A stretch of DNA of 64,000 bases, taken from contig CAZJVU010000001.1 of the NCBI GenBank assembly GCA_964550035.1, positions 83,990 through 147,989 of the forward strand, written 5' to 3'. The translations under genes were made by a program, and so were the position numbers. A model generated the notes under the pieces. That model was not told where the DNA came from. It was given only the letters and a program-made list of their open reading frames with translations, and searched no databases. This document shows, piece by piece, positions 53,801 to 61,730 of this stretch (position 1 is its first letter; every line of letters begins with the position of its first letter). This DNA is from an uncultured Candidatus Saccharibacteria bacterium (GTDB lineage: Bacteria > Patescibacteriota > Saccharimonadia > Saccharimonadales > EFPC-124).

Positions 53801-53808
53801 GCCCTTTT

Positions 53809-54555
53809 CTACAGGGGTTTGAGGTACTTGAAGTAGTTCTTCAGGTCAAATTCACCGATCTGCATGGCGTTGTAGTGGTCGGCCGAGTAGACCGGCCAGT
53901 CGGGCGTGAACTGCCTCCAGGCCTTCCTCCACTCCGGCGGAAGGTAGTAGAGCGGACGGCCCTGGTTCAGTGCGAGTTCGGTGTCGATCAGGCCTTCCAG
54001 GTGGTCGATCTCGTGCTGCAGGAACCACGCGTCGGTGCCCTCGACGATCTGGGGCGTTTTGCCGGGGACGTAGAGAATGATCTTCTTCCACCGCATGACC
54101 ACGACGCCGATTCCCGGTGCGGAGAAGCAGGACTCCCGCCGCTCCACCATGCCGGCTTCCTTGACCGGCTTGTAGCTCGGATTGAGCAGGGTGGCCACGT
54201 TCGCGGTGCGGTTCTCCTCGCGAGCGTCCGCCATCCCCAGCTGCACGGCCAGTGCGCGAACGTTGCGTTTGCTGGCGCACGCGAGCTGGGGGAAGGCCAT
54301 GCCGACCGCTTTGAGTGGTGAGGTGCTGTCGCGGTTGGTGTGCTCGCCCAAGAGCTCGATACCGCGACGGATCTCGGGGTTTTTCAGATCGGCGCGAGTC
54401 ACTCGCGAGGCCGGCCTGCGAAGGTGGGGCGATGACGGCGGCGCCAGTCCTTCGCTCAGCTCACGTCGGTAGGCCTCGACGAGTCCATGAGTGGGACGCC
54501 ACCAGCCTGGCGGCAGTCCGTTGCCAAGGAGCTTTACTTTCGGTAGCTGCTTCAT
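53809..54555 (-). CDS. divergent peptide deformylase-like metallohydrolase with N- and C-terminal extensions (high-GC3 unit 15)
   Basis: The three PDF motifs in order: GMAFPQ (GxGxAAxQ-like), ESCFS (EGCLS-like) and QHEIDHLEG (HExxH). AGGGAG SD. Confidence 0.65.
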   Translation of the reverse strand: MKQLPKVKLLGNGLPPGWWRPTHGLVEAYRRELSEGLAPPSSPHLRRPASRVTRADLKNPEIRRGIELLGEHTNRDSTSPLKAVGMAFPQLACASKRNVRALAVQLGMADAREENRTANVATLLNPSYKPVKEAGMVERRESCFSAPGIGVVVMRWKKIILYVPGKTPQIVEGTDAWFLQHEIDHLEGLIDTELALNQGRPLYYLPPEWRKAWRQFTPDWPVYSADHYNAMQIGEFDLKNYFKYLKPL

Positions 54556-54639
54556 GCCCGTCTCCCTGTCTCTCTGTAGAATGGGCAGAACAAATTATGA
54601 ACTAGAAATGCTAATTTTACAAGATGCTATACTGAAATC

Positions 54640-55203
54640 ATGAAACAGCTTATGGCTCGAAGCGGGGTTGTGGGACTTGTGACTAGCCTCGCTTTGGCGT
54701 TCTTTGCGTCGCCGATGCCAGCAGGCGCGTCACCATTTGGCTGGGGTAAGTTCGGCGCGAATGTGCCGTTCGGTTCGTCCACAAGCTTGTCGATCGCCCT
54801 CGGGGGAGACGTCGGAATCACCATGACGCCAGATGGTTCCAATAACTTTAGCGGCACCGGCTCGCACACGGTAACCGTGACCTCAACAGATGTTGTGGGC
54901 TATCAGCTCTACGTGCACACCACCGGCTCCACAAATATGACCAGCGGTAGTGCCACGATTCCGGCAAGCTCGAACAGCTCGGCCGCCGCTCTGGCCTTGA
55001 ACTCTTGGGGCTACAACACCACAGGTTCGACAACCAACTTCCTCGGCATGCTCTCTACAAACACACTCCTAAAGGACGCCAGCGGTCCATTCACCAGTGG
55101 CGATCCGACAACAATCACGTACGGCGCCTACGCAGCTTCGACGCAGCCGGCGGGCACCTATAGTGTAGCGGTGACGTACACGGCAGTCGCTAAGAATCAG
55201 TAG
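54640..55203 (+). CDS. secreted beta-rich WxL-like surface protein
   Basis: Signal peptide. S/T/G-rich. C-terminal AGTYSVAVTYTAVA strand. ATG lies 6 nt after TGCTATACT. Confidence 0.6.
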   Translation: MKQLMARSGVVGLVTSLALAFFASPMPAGASPFGWGKFGANVPFGSSTSLSIALGGDVGITMTPDGSNNFSGTGSHTVTVTSTDVVGYQLYVHTTGSTNMTSGSATIPASSNSSAAALALNSWGYNTTGSTTNFLGMLSTNTLLKDASGPFTSGDPTTITYGAYAASTQPAGTYSVAVTYTAVAKNQ

Positions 55204-56065
55204 ACTGCTTCGCTCTTCGCCGTTTCAGAGCAGGCCAGAGTATGATGACCAAACCGAGCGGTATAAGCACCGACCATGGTGGCATATACAGGACGTACTG
55301 TGATCGTTCGACGGTCTGGTTGTTGTCTGTCTTGTAGCCGTAGGTCATCTTGTAGACGCCAGGGAGGACGGGCACGCTAATAGTGCCATCCACGGCGCGC
55401 ACGCTGCCAGGCATGAGGATGTGCGCTGTGGCGGGTTCGCGCGGCTTGGCGGTGAGACCTTGGAGCTGACCAGAGACGTAGGCAAAGTAATGAGTGTTGC
55501 CCGTGTTGCGGACGTCGAAGCTATACGGAACCGTATTGCCAAAGATCAGCCATGGCGCTGAGCTTCTCTGTATCGTGCTGCTGTAGTCGAGCTTACCGGC
55601 GACCGTGACGTACAGCATGGTTGCGGCTTGGACATTGCTGGTGACGCTCCCGTTTTGGATGGTTGTCTTGGCGAAGAGTGTGAAGTAGTGACCGCCGGGC
55701 GTGGCTTTGGGCGGAACGCTGAGGGTGTAGTTGATGACCTCGCTCTTGAGCGGCTGAAGGGTGAGCTGGGTGGTGGCGAACCGTACCCAATCTTCTTTGG
55801 GTGGCGATTCGAACTTGAAGTTGTAGGTGAAGTCGCTCACCGAGAACTGATCGGCAAACAGCGAGATCGTGAGCGGCGTATTGGTGTAATTGCCTACCGT
55901 GAACGTGCCGCGTTGCACCGCGTCCGCGTTGGAGCTTATGTACGTCCGCAGTGGCGTGACGTAGAGGCCTTTGTTCTTGACCGGCTGGTTATCGGCGTGG
56001 ACCGGAGCAGCGCAAACCTGGGCAACAAGCAGCGCACTCGCAATAATCCCCAGCCCACGACGCAT
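55190..56065 (-). CDS. DUF916/DUF3324-like cell-surface protein with C-terminal TM anchor
   Basis: Signal peptide. GLYVTPLR..FTVGNYTNTPLTISL and GGHYFTLFA. C-terminal TM plus KRRRAK. Confidence 0.55.
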   Translation of the reverse strand: MRRGLGIIASALLVAQVCAAPVHADNQPVKNKGLYVTPLRTYISSNADAVQRGTFTVGNYTNTPLTISLFADQFSVSDFTYNFKFESPPKEDWVRFATTQLTLQPLKSEVINYTLSVPPKATPGGHYFTLFAKTTIQNGSVTSNVQAATMLYVTVAGKLDYSSTIQRSSAPWLIFGNTVPYSFDVRNTGNTHYFAYVSGQLQGLTAKPREPATAHILMPGSVRAVDGTISVPVLPGVYKMTYGYKTDNNQTVERSQYVLYMPPWSVLIPLGLVIILWPALKRRRAKQSTDS

Positions 56066-56070
56066 AGAGG

Positions 56071-56664
56071 CTAACTCTTCGGTCGTTTAATCAGCTGAAC
56101 CTGGATATCGTTGACGACGTTGTTGTAATGCTTGATGGCGAAAGCCTGTGCCTCGGCACTGCGATTCTGCCATTCAGGGTCGAGGATGTACGCATAGCTG
56201 AAGTCAAAGTCGCAGGTTACTGGGTAGTGGTCGAGCTTGTTGTCGATACGCCACTGCTTGTTGAAGTACAGAAAGCTCTGCTCTGAGATAGCGCGCTGAT
56301 GCGTTGGGTCCCACCATGCGCGGCTGCTGCTGTAGTACGGGCACGAGACACGGACGAAGCCTTTGGTTGGAATGTTTGGATTGTCGGGCGTAAACTCTGC
56401 TGGCTTGAGGATGCGATAGATCTCATCAAAGAACTGAAAGAATGGGTCATGGTACCCATCGCCGTGCGGAATGTGCTCGATAAAATGCGAGACTTCGATC
56501 TCGTCCACGCTGTCGTCTTCGAACTGGCTCCATGGAAATTTCAGTAGATCTTGGACGTAATCAACGGTAGGCGTCTTGGCGATGTCGACGCCCTTGAATC
56601 CTTCGGGTACGCGGTCGCCACAGGCGAGTGACAGTTTGAGGACGGTTTCTTTCTTCTTGGCCAT
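56071..56664 (-). CDS. class I SAM-dependent methyltransferase
   Basis: LKLSLACGDR..GFKGVDI (motif I) and VDEIEVSHFIEHI. ATG at 56664 follows AAGGAA. Confidence 0.65.
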   Translation of the reverse strand: MAKKKETVLKLSLACGDRVPEGFKGVDIAKTPTVDYVQDLLKFPWSQFEDDSVDEIEVSHFIEHIPHGDGYHDPFFQFFDEIYRILKPAEFTPDNPNIPTKGFVRVSCPYYSSSRAWWDPTHQRAISEQSFLYFNKQWRIDNKLDHYPVTCDFDFSYAYILDPEWQNRSAEAQAFAIKHYNNVVNDIQVQLIKRPKS

Positions 56665-56672
56665 ATGTTTCC

Positions 56673-57401
56673 TTACCACATTATTTGGTTAGCTGCGTCG
56701 TAGTGGCCCACCCGCACGCGCGAGTCGCAGGCAAATTTGTAGCCCATCTCGCGCGCTTTCATAAAGAACCACAGATCTTGCGTCATCATCGTGACGCCTC
56801 CGCTTGGTGTGACTTCCTGGATAGTCTTGAACCACTCGCCATACTCGAAGCGCTTGTCTTTGAGCATTTCCATGCGAAACAGTGTGAAGCCCATGCCGAG
56901 TCCATTGCACGGTGTGATCGTATCGGGGTGTGGAATCTGCGGCATGAAGCTCTGCGGCATAACGGAGGGGTCGCCGTAGCACATTGGCTGGCCGCCTTCG
57001 CCTTTGGTCCAGTAGAGTCCTCCGACGGCGTCGTATTCGTCGATCGATTCGTAGAGTTTCATGAGCCCGTCGACTGGCGGGGCGTTGTCCTCTTCGAGTG
57101 TGAGCAGGAACTTGAAATTACTGAGCTCGGGGTTCTCGAGAACCATCTTGATGACTTGGTTGTATGCCTCGCCAACCTCCATGCCCTCCATGAAGATTGG
57201 GCCGAGTACTTTCTGGTTCATCGGGCGGATGAGACCCTGCCAGCTCTGAACGATACGCGCAGGAATCATCCCGCGGGTCGGGCAGACGATGATGGTGCTG
57301 AGGTCGCGGTAGGTTTTCTCTTTCTTGAGGCGTGCAGTGTAATCGCTGGCATTGTGAAGGCCGGCATTATCAGGCACAAGGATTTGCGGCTTTGCTGTCA
57401 T
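56673..57401 (-). CDS. glycosyltransferase (GT-A fold, family 2-like)
   Basis: IIVCPTRG, LLTLEEDNAPP (DxD-like) and TQDLWFFMKAREMGYKFACD..VGH. Confidence 0.6.
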   Translation of the reverse strand: MTAKPQILVPDNAGLHNASDYTARLKKEKTYRDLSTIIVCPTRGMIPARIVQSWQGLIRPMNQKVLGPIFMEGMEVGEAYNQVIKMVLENPELSNFKFLLTLEEDNAPPVDGLMKLYESIDEYDAVGGLYWTKGEGGQPMCYGDPSVMPQSFMPQIPHPDTITPCNGLGMGFTLFRMEMLKDKRFEYGEWFKTIQEVTPSGGVTMMTQDLWFFMKAREMGYKFACDSRVRVGHYDAANQIMW

Positions 57402-57411
57402 ATGGCCTCTA

Positions 57412-58359
57412 TTATACCCTTATCCAGCTCAGTGCGGCATAGTAAACCAGAAAACTAATGTCACTGCCATACGTTGTCCCGTTGGCGTTGGTTGCATAGG
57501 CGCGGACGTGGTAGGTGAGGCCATTACTCAGGCCGGTAATTGAGGCGTTATACGACCCTGTGGTGCCGGATGCTGTGGCTTTGCTGTCGCTGGTCGTTGG
57601 GTTGGCGGACGTACTCCAGCAGACGCCGCGTTCGGTGATGGTGGAGCCGCCGTCAGAAACAACCGTGCCATTGCCGGTAGCAGTCGTGCCGGTGATACTC
57701 GTAACTGAGTCGGTTGTGACTGTAGGCGTCGATGGCGCGGCCTGGACACTGGCGCCGATGATACCCCACGAGTCACTATTGAGGTCATATGTCATGTTGA
57801 CCGTACCGGTGCTGCTCGACGTCGATTGTCCTGCGTTGCCGGCGGCGCTGTTGCTATTGGAGTCTTTGTGCCAACGCTCTGTCGTGCCAGAGCCTGCATT
57901 CACCCCTGCGCCGTCACAGAGTGCGTCGACGACCATGTTACCACTGGCGTTGGTGACAGAAACGCTTGCCGTCGTGCCGACCCCTGTATTGGTAGCGATA
58001 TTGATAAGCGGTGTTGTCTGGTGCGCGCCGGTAAAACTTACCGAACCACCGGTAATATCGACGGAACCACCGGTAATCGTTATCGCAACAGTGTTGGCTC
58101 CTGTTGCCGGACCAGCCAGATAAAACATCTGTACAAAACCATCGGTACCAGCTCCACTATGGACGACGCCAGCGGAAGTCATCGCCACGCCGTTATAGGT
58201 AGCCGAAGCGGACTTCCCGCTGTCGCCGATGATGCCAATGGCAACACCAACAACGAGCACCAAGTTGCTCCCTGTGCATGTATGGCTCCAGCTTAGGCTT
58301 GTGCCGCTCGCGGCGGTACCGGCTGAGCTTGGGCCTACTGCGTCAAATGCTACTGCCAT
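57412..58359 (-). CDS. signal-less G/S/T-rich fibre-like protein
   Basis: MAVAFDAVGPSS..SLSWSHTCTGSNLVLVVGV. C-terminal module ITERGVCWSTSANPTTSD..GLTYHVRAYATNANGTTYG. Confidence 0.6.
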   Translation of the reverse strand: MAVAFDAVGPSSAGTAASGTSLSWSHTCTGSNLVLVVGVAIGIIGDSGKSASATYNGVAMTSAGVVHSGAGTDGFVQMFYLAGPATGANTVAITITGGSVDITGGSVSFTGAHQTTPLINIATNTGVGTTASVSVTNASGNMVVDALCDGAGVNAGSGTTERWHKDSNSNSAAGNAGQSTSSSTGTVNMTYDLNSDSWGIIGASVQAAPSTPTVTTDSVTSITGTTATGNGTVVSDGGSTITERGVCWSTSANPTTSDSKATASGTTGSYNASITGLSNGLTYHVRAYATNANGTTYGSDISFLVYYAALSWIRV

Positions 58360-59694
58360 TTAGTATGTCGCGTTATAGATTGCATTATAGAAGTTCGCGC
58401 GTAACACGGCGCTGGCGCTGGTGTTATTAACTTGCGAGTTGGCGATCGAGGTTGGACCGGCTGTGGTGGTCGTCGAGTAGTAGCCTTGCAGTAGCATTGC
58501 GTCGCGCGCAGCCGTGGTGTTGCTGCCGATTGGCGTGAGCGCTGCTGCGCCGGCGGCCGTTGGCATGACGCTGTTGCCGTAGAGCGTGAATAACGCACCG
58601 GTGTACGTTGTGGCGCTGGTGATGACCGCAGCGATCCAGTATTCGCCTGGTGTCATGTTGACGTTCATGGGGGCAGTTAACTGACGTACGCCATTGATAG
58701 AAGTGTTTGCGCTCGAGCTGGCGGACTGCGACCACGCGAAGGCATGGTTGGCGCTACCCGAAGAGGCAAGTGATAGCGTCGAGCCATTCAGGGTGTAAAT
58801 GCCCATCCAGAGCGTTAGGTTTGCCGAGGCGGTTGTGGCTGAGGTGTTAGTGTTGGCAGAAAGAGATCCGCCGATCTTGATCGCCGTACCAGTCAGATTG
58901 AAGGGCATGTACATGTGGTTGATGGAAAGCTGTCCAGCCGAGACGGAACTAAGTGGACTGAAGAATCCTTCGGGGTAATCGAACCGTGAGAGCGTTACCG
59001 GTGATTGCACGCCCATGCTGATGGTAGAACCATTGGTGGAGATACTGAGGCCGCCCGTCGCCGACAGGCTCGATGTCTGCGGGACGTTAATCTTGAGAGA
59101 CTGGCCCGTGGTGGAGTTGATAGTAATCGCACCGCTGCCCTCGATAAGGTTGACTGTGCCGCTGCTAAATGTCGACTGTGAGTTGGCGATCGCCACGCCA
59201 CCACCCCCACCGCCGTTGCCGGCCGAGATGGTAATGGCGTTTCCGTTCTGGCTGAGCGTCACATTGTTGCCGCCGGCGAGCGTGAGCGTGCCTGAACTCA
59301 CATGGGCCATGGCGCCGGCCGTGTTACCACTGAGCGTGACGTTGTGGAGGTTTTGCGTCTGGATGGTTTGGCTTGCAGCAGAGATAGTCAAGGTGTTGCC
59401 GCCTACTGCGGTCGATTGACTGAGCGTAATATTATTGCCGCCAGCGAGCACGAGCTGGTTGGTGGCGAGCCCGGTGCTGCCGCTGGTGTTACCGATGTTG
59501 CTCATGCCAGCCGAGAATGCGCCGCCGCCTGCACCACCGGAAATAGTGATCGCATTGCCGTTCTGACTCAGCGTGATATTATTCCCGCCCGCAAGTGTCA
59601 TGGTGCCTGTCGAGACAAGCGCACCAGCGCCGGCGGTGTTGCCGGAAATTGTTGCGTTGATGCGACCGCCATTAGCAGGTGGGATATATGTCAT
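58360..59694 (-). CDS. signal-less repeat protein (three LAGGNNITLSQNGNAITIS repeats plus ~250-aa C-terminal domain)
   Basis: Repeats visible at protein and DNA level. Abuts the neighbouring gene with no gap. Confidence 0.6.
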   Translation of the reverse strand: MTYIPPANGGRINATISGNTAGAGALVSTGTMTLAGGNNITLSQNGNAITISGGAGGGAFSAGMSNIGNTSGSTGLATNQLVLAGGNNITLSQSTAVGGNTLTISAASQTIQTQNLHNVTLSGNTAGAMAHVSSGTLTLAGGNNVTLSQNGNAITISAGNGGGGGGVAIANSQSTFSSGTVNLIEGSGAITINSTTGQSLKINVPQTSSLSATGGLSISTNGSTISMGVQSPVTLSRFDYPEGFFSPLSSVSAGQLSINHMYMPFNLTGTAIKIGGSLSANTNTSATTASANLTLWMGIYTLNGSTLSLASSGSANHAFAWSQSASSSANTSINGVRQLTAPMNVNMTPGEYWIAAVITSATTYTGALFTLYGNSVMPTAAGAAALTPIGSNTTAARDAMLLQGYYSTTTTAGPTSIANSQVNNTSASAVLRANFYNAIYNATY

Positions 59695-59701
59695 ATCAAC
59701 C

Positions 59702-60403
59702 TCAGATTATATACCATGCGCTGCCGTCTGAGACGATCGTGAGCGAGGTGTATTGCTGCGAAAGTGAAACACTTGTTTGACCATCGATGGTGTCTGAACT
59801 GGAGCGAGCAATCGAGCAGGTATTGCCTGAGTTGTCGATGCGTTTGACATAAAATCGGTAGCCAGCAATCGAGGATGCTGTAGGTAACGTAATAGTGACG
59901 TTGCCGCTCGTGGCGTCAGCAAAGATGACTGTGTCGCTACTGCCGATAGTGTAGTTGCTTGTCTTGGTGCTGGTGGCGAACGTTGGGTCGCTCCAGGCGG
60001 GAAGGCCACTACTGACGCGGAGTGTTTTACCGTTACTGCCAGCCGCAAGTCGTACAAAGTTTCCAGATGAGTCTCGGTAGTGGAGGTCACCGGTTGCGCC
60101 GGACGAGTCGTCGTAGATAGCGACCTTTTTGCGCACCGTGCCAGTGGTGATCGTGAAGTAGAGGCTGTCAGTGTTGAACTCAACCGCACCGGCTTCTGGC
60201 GCAGTCATGAGCGTGCCGGATGTGAACTTGAGCGGCGCTGTGCCAGCGGTTGCGGTGCCTGCGCGGACGGTTATCTTTTGGTGGCCACCGTTAGCGGCGT
60301 TGTCGGTGTCGTCGTTGTAGTGTTCCTTCATGAGGAACTGGCGGATAATATCACCCCAAATGCCATCGTCGCTATTTACGATCGGAAGTCGCTGTTGCAC
60401 CAT
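59702..60403 (-). CDS. phage tail-fibre-like protein
   Basis: N-terminal LPIVNSDDGIWGDIIRQFL motif, as I recall it from actinophage minor tail / fibre proteins. No signal peptide. Confidence 0.6.
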   Translation of the reverse strand: MVQQRLPIVNSDDGIWGDIIRQFLMKEHYNDDTDNAANGGHQKITVRAGTATAGTAPLKFTSGTLMTAPEAGAVEFNTDSLYFTITTGTVRKKVAIYDDSSGATGDLHYRDSSGNFVRLAAGSNGKTLRVSSGLPAWSDPTFATSTKTSNYTIGSSDTVIFADATSGNVTITLPTASSIAGYRFYVKRIDNSGNTCSIARSSSDTIDGQTSVSLSQQYTSLTIVSDGSAWYII

Positions 60404-60406
60404 ATG

Positions 60407-60601
60407 CTACGCTCCGAACTTCCGTGAACCAAATCCGTGACGATCATCAACCTGCGTTTGCACAATGGTTCGTGTGGGTTGTCTGAGGAACGACAAAAGA
60501 TTGCTCAGACCCAGGAGCATCACTAATGTACCACCGGCGTAGCGGAGGAACTCCTTACGGGTCATCTGTTTATTTAGGATATCTTTTATATCATCCCGCA
60601 T
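60407..60601 (-). CDS. 64-aa protein with Tat-signal-like N-terminus
   Basis: TRKEFLRYAGGTLVMLLGL resembles S/TRRxFLK plus an h-region. Short polar tail ending GFGSRKFGA. Confidence 0.45.
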   Translation of the reverse strand: MRDDIKDILNKQMTRKEFLRYAGGTLVMLLGLSNLLSFLRQPTRTIVQTQVDDRHGFGSRKFGA

Positions 60602-60697
60602 ACGCGGTCCCCAAAATCCACACTATCTCCCTCGTAGCATACGCAAAAAACGCTTATGTTTCAAGATAGCGAGAATCTAGTCGTTCTCAGTTTGTTC

Positions 60698-61723
60698 TTA
60701 TTTTCGGCGTTTGACGCGCTTGGTGAGCTTGATGAATCGGCTGACGATAGACCACACGCCAGCGCCAATGACGAGGAGAATAGCAAGCGCAATCAGTAGG
60801 ATTTTCCACGGTATAACCCAGAAACTCACCGTGCCTTCGAGCGGAATATCGCGGTGGCCGTCGTTATAGATAGCGACGACTTTAGCGGTGTAGCGGCCGA
60901 TGCGCAGGTGTGACAGGTTGCTCCAGTTCCATTCGACATCTTTCTTTGTTGTGCCGTCGGCGGCTGTGGTTGTCTTCTCTACCTGGAATCCGTCGGTCCA
61001 CTGCGCTTTGATGATGCGGGTGGTGCCGGGGAGGATGTAGGCACTGCTCTGGTTGAGCGGGAGGGTGCCTATGGGCGACTTGTCGTTTTCTCCGCGCTGG
61101 ATGAATACATTACCGAGTGGCTGAAAGATAGAGTTGCCAGTGTTCTTGAGCTCGATATCAACTTCGGCTGGTAAGTATTCGTATATATTTTGGGTCGTCG
61201 TGATCTTACCCAATTCGAGTTTTCGAGTGGCGCCGGGACGGTCGACGTTGATAAGCGTAAAGAGTGCGAGCGACCCCTTAAGCTGATTGGTGCCGCCTTG
61301 GTTTGCAGGTTCGGTGACGCGGTTTATGACGAGGGCAAACGAATAGCTAAACCCAGCTTCCTTGGGGAGCGAAATAGTGATCTTCTCGGTGATAGTTTGA
61401 CCCGCCGCCACGGTGAACGTTGGTGACGAGAACTTTAGCCACGGCGCTACGGGCGCGAGCTTGGTGTCATCGATGTTTATCTTCTGTGTTTTGCTGTCAA
61501 ATTCAAAGCTGCGTGGCTGGATTCTGAGGTCCTCGGTATGGGTGCCTTGGTTACGGACGTTGAGCTCAAGCGTTGTGGATTGACCAGGCTTGAGCGTCGT
61601 CACGAGGGGCGAAGGGGTAACCTGAATCGCAAAATCACTAGCATTCTGAGCTTTTGCGCCGTGTGCAGTAGCAACCACAGCGAGAACTACAGAGAGCAGC
61701 GCTACGGGAAGATAGCGTCGCAT
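60698..61723 (-). CDS. DUF916/DUF3324-like cell-surface protein with C-terminal TM anchor
   Basis: Signal peptide. FAIQVTPSPL..LKPGQSTTLELNVRNQG. C-terminal TM plus KRVKRRK. Confidence 0.6.
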   Translation of the reverse strand: MRRYLPVALLSVVLAVVATAHGAKAQNASDFAIQVTPSPLVTTLKPGQSTTLELNVRNQGTHTEDLRIQPRSFEFDSKTQKINIDDTKLAPVAPWLKFSSPTFTVAAGQTITEKITISLPKEAGFSYSFALVINRVTEPANQGGTNQLKGSLALFTLINVDRPGATRKLELGKITTTQNIYEYLPAEVDIELKNTGNSIFQPLGNVFIQRGENDKSPIGTLPLNQSSAYILPGTTRIIKAQWTDGFQVEKTTTAADGTTKKDVEWNWSNLSHLRIGRYTAKVVAIYNDGHRDIPLEGTVSFWVIPWKILLIALAILLVIGAGVWSIVSRFIKLTKRVKRRK

Positions 61724-61730
61724 ATGCGGA

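Noticed and set aside
56685-57458. 257-aa plus-strand ORF antisense to the glycosyltransferase
   Set aside because: Shadow frame. The minus strand forms a tightly packed operon.
56071-60403. Calling the fibre-like genes a prophage
   Set aside because: No capsid, portal, terminase, tape-measure, lysis or integrase genes are visible. Composition matches the backbone, and the flanks are cellular surface genes.
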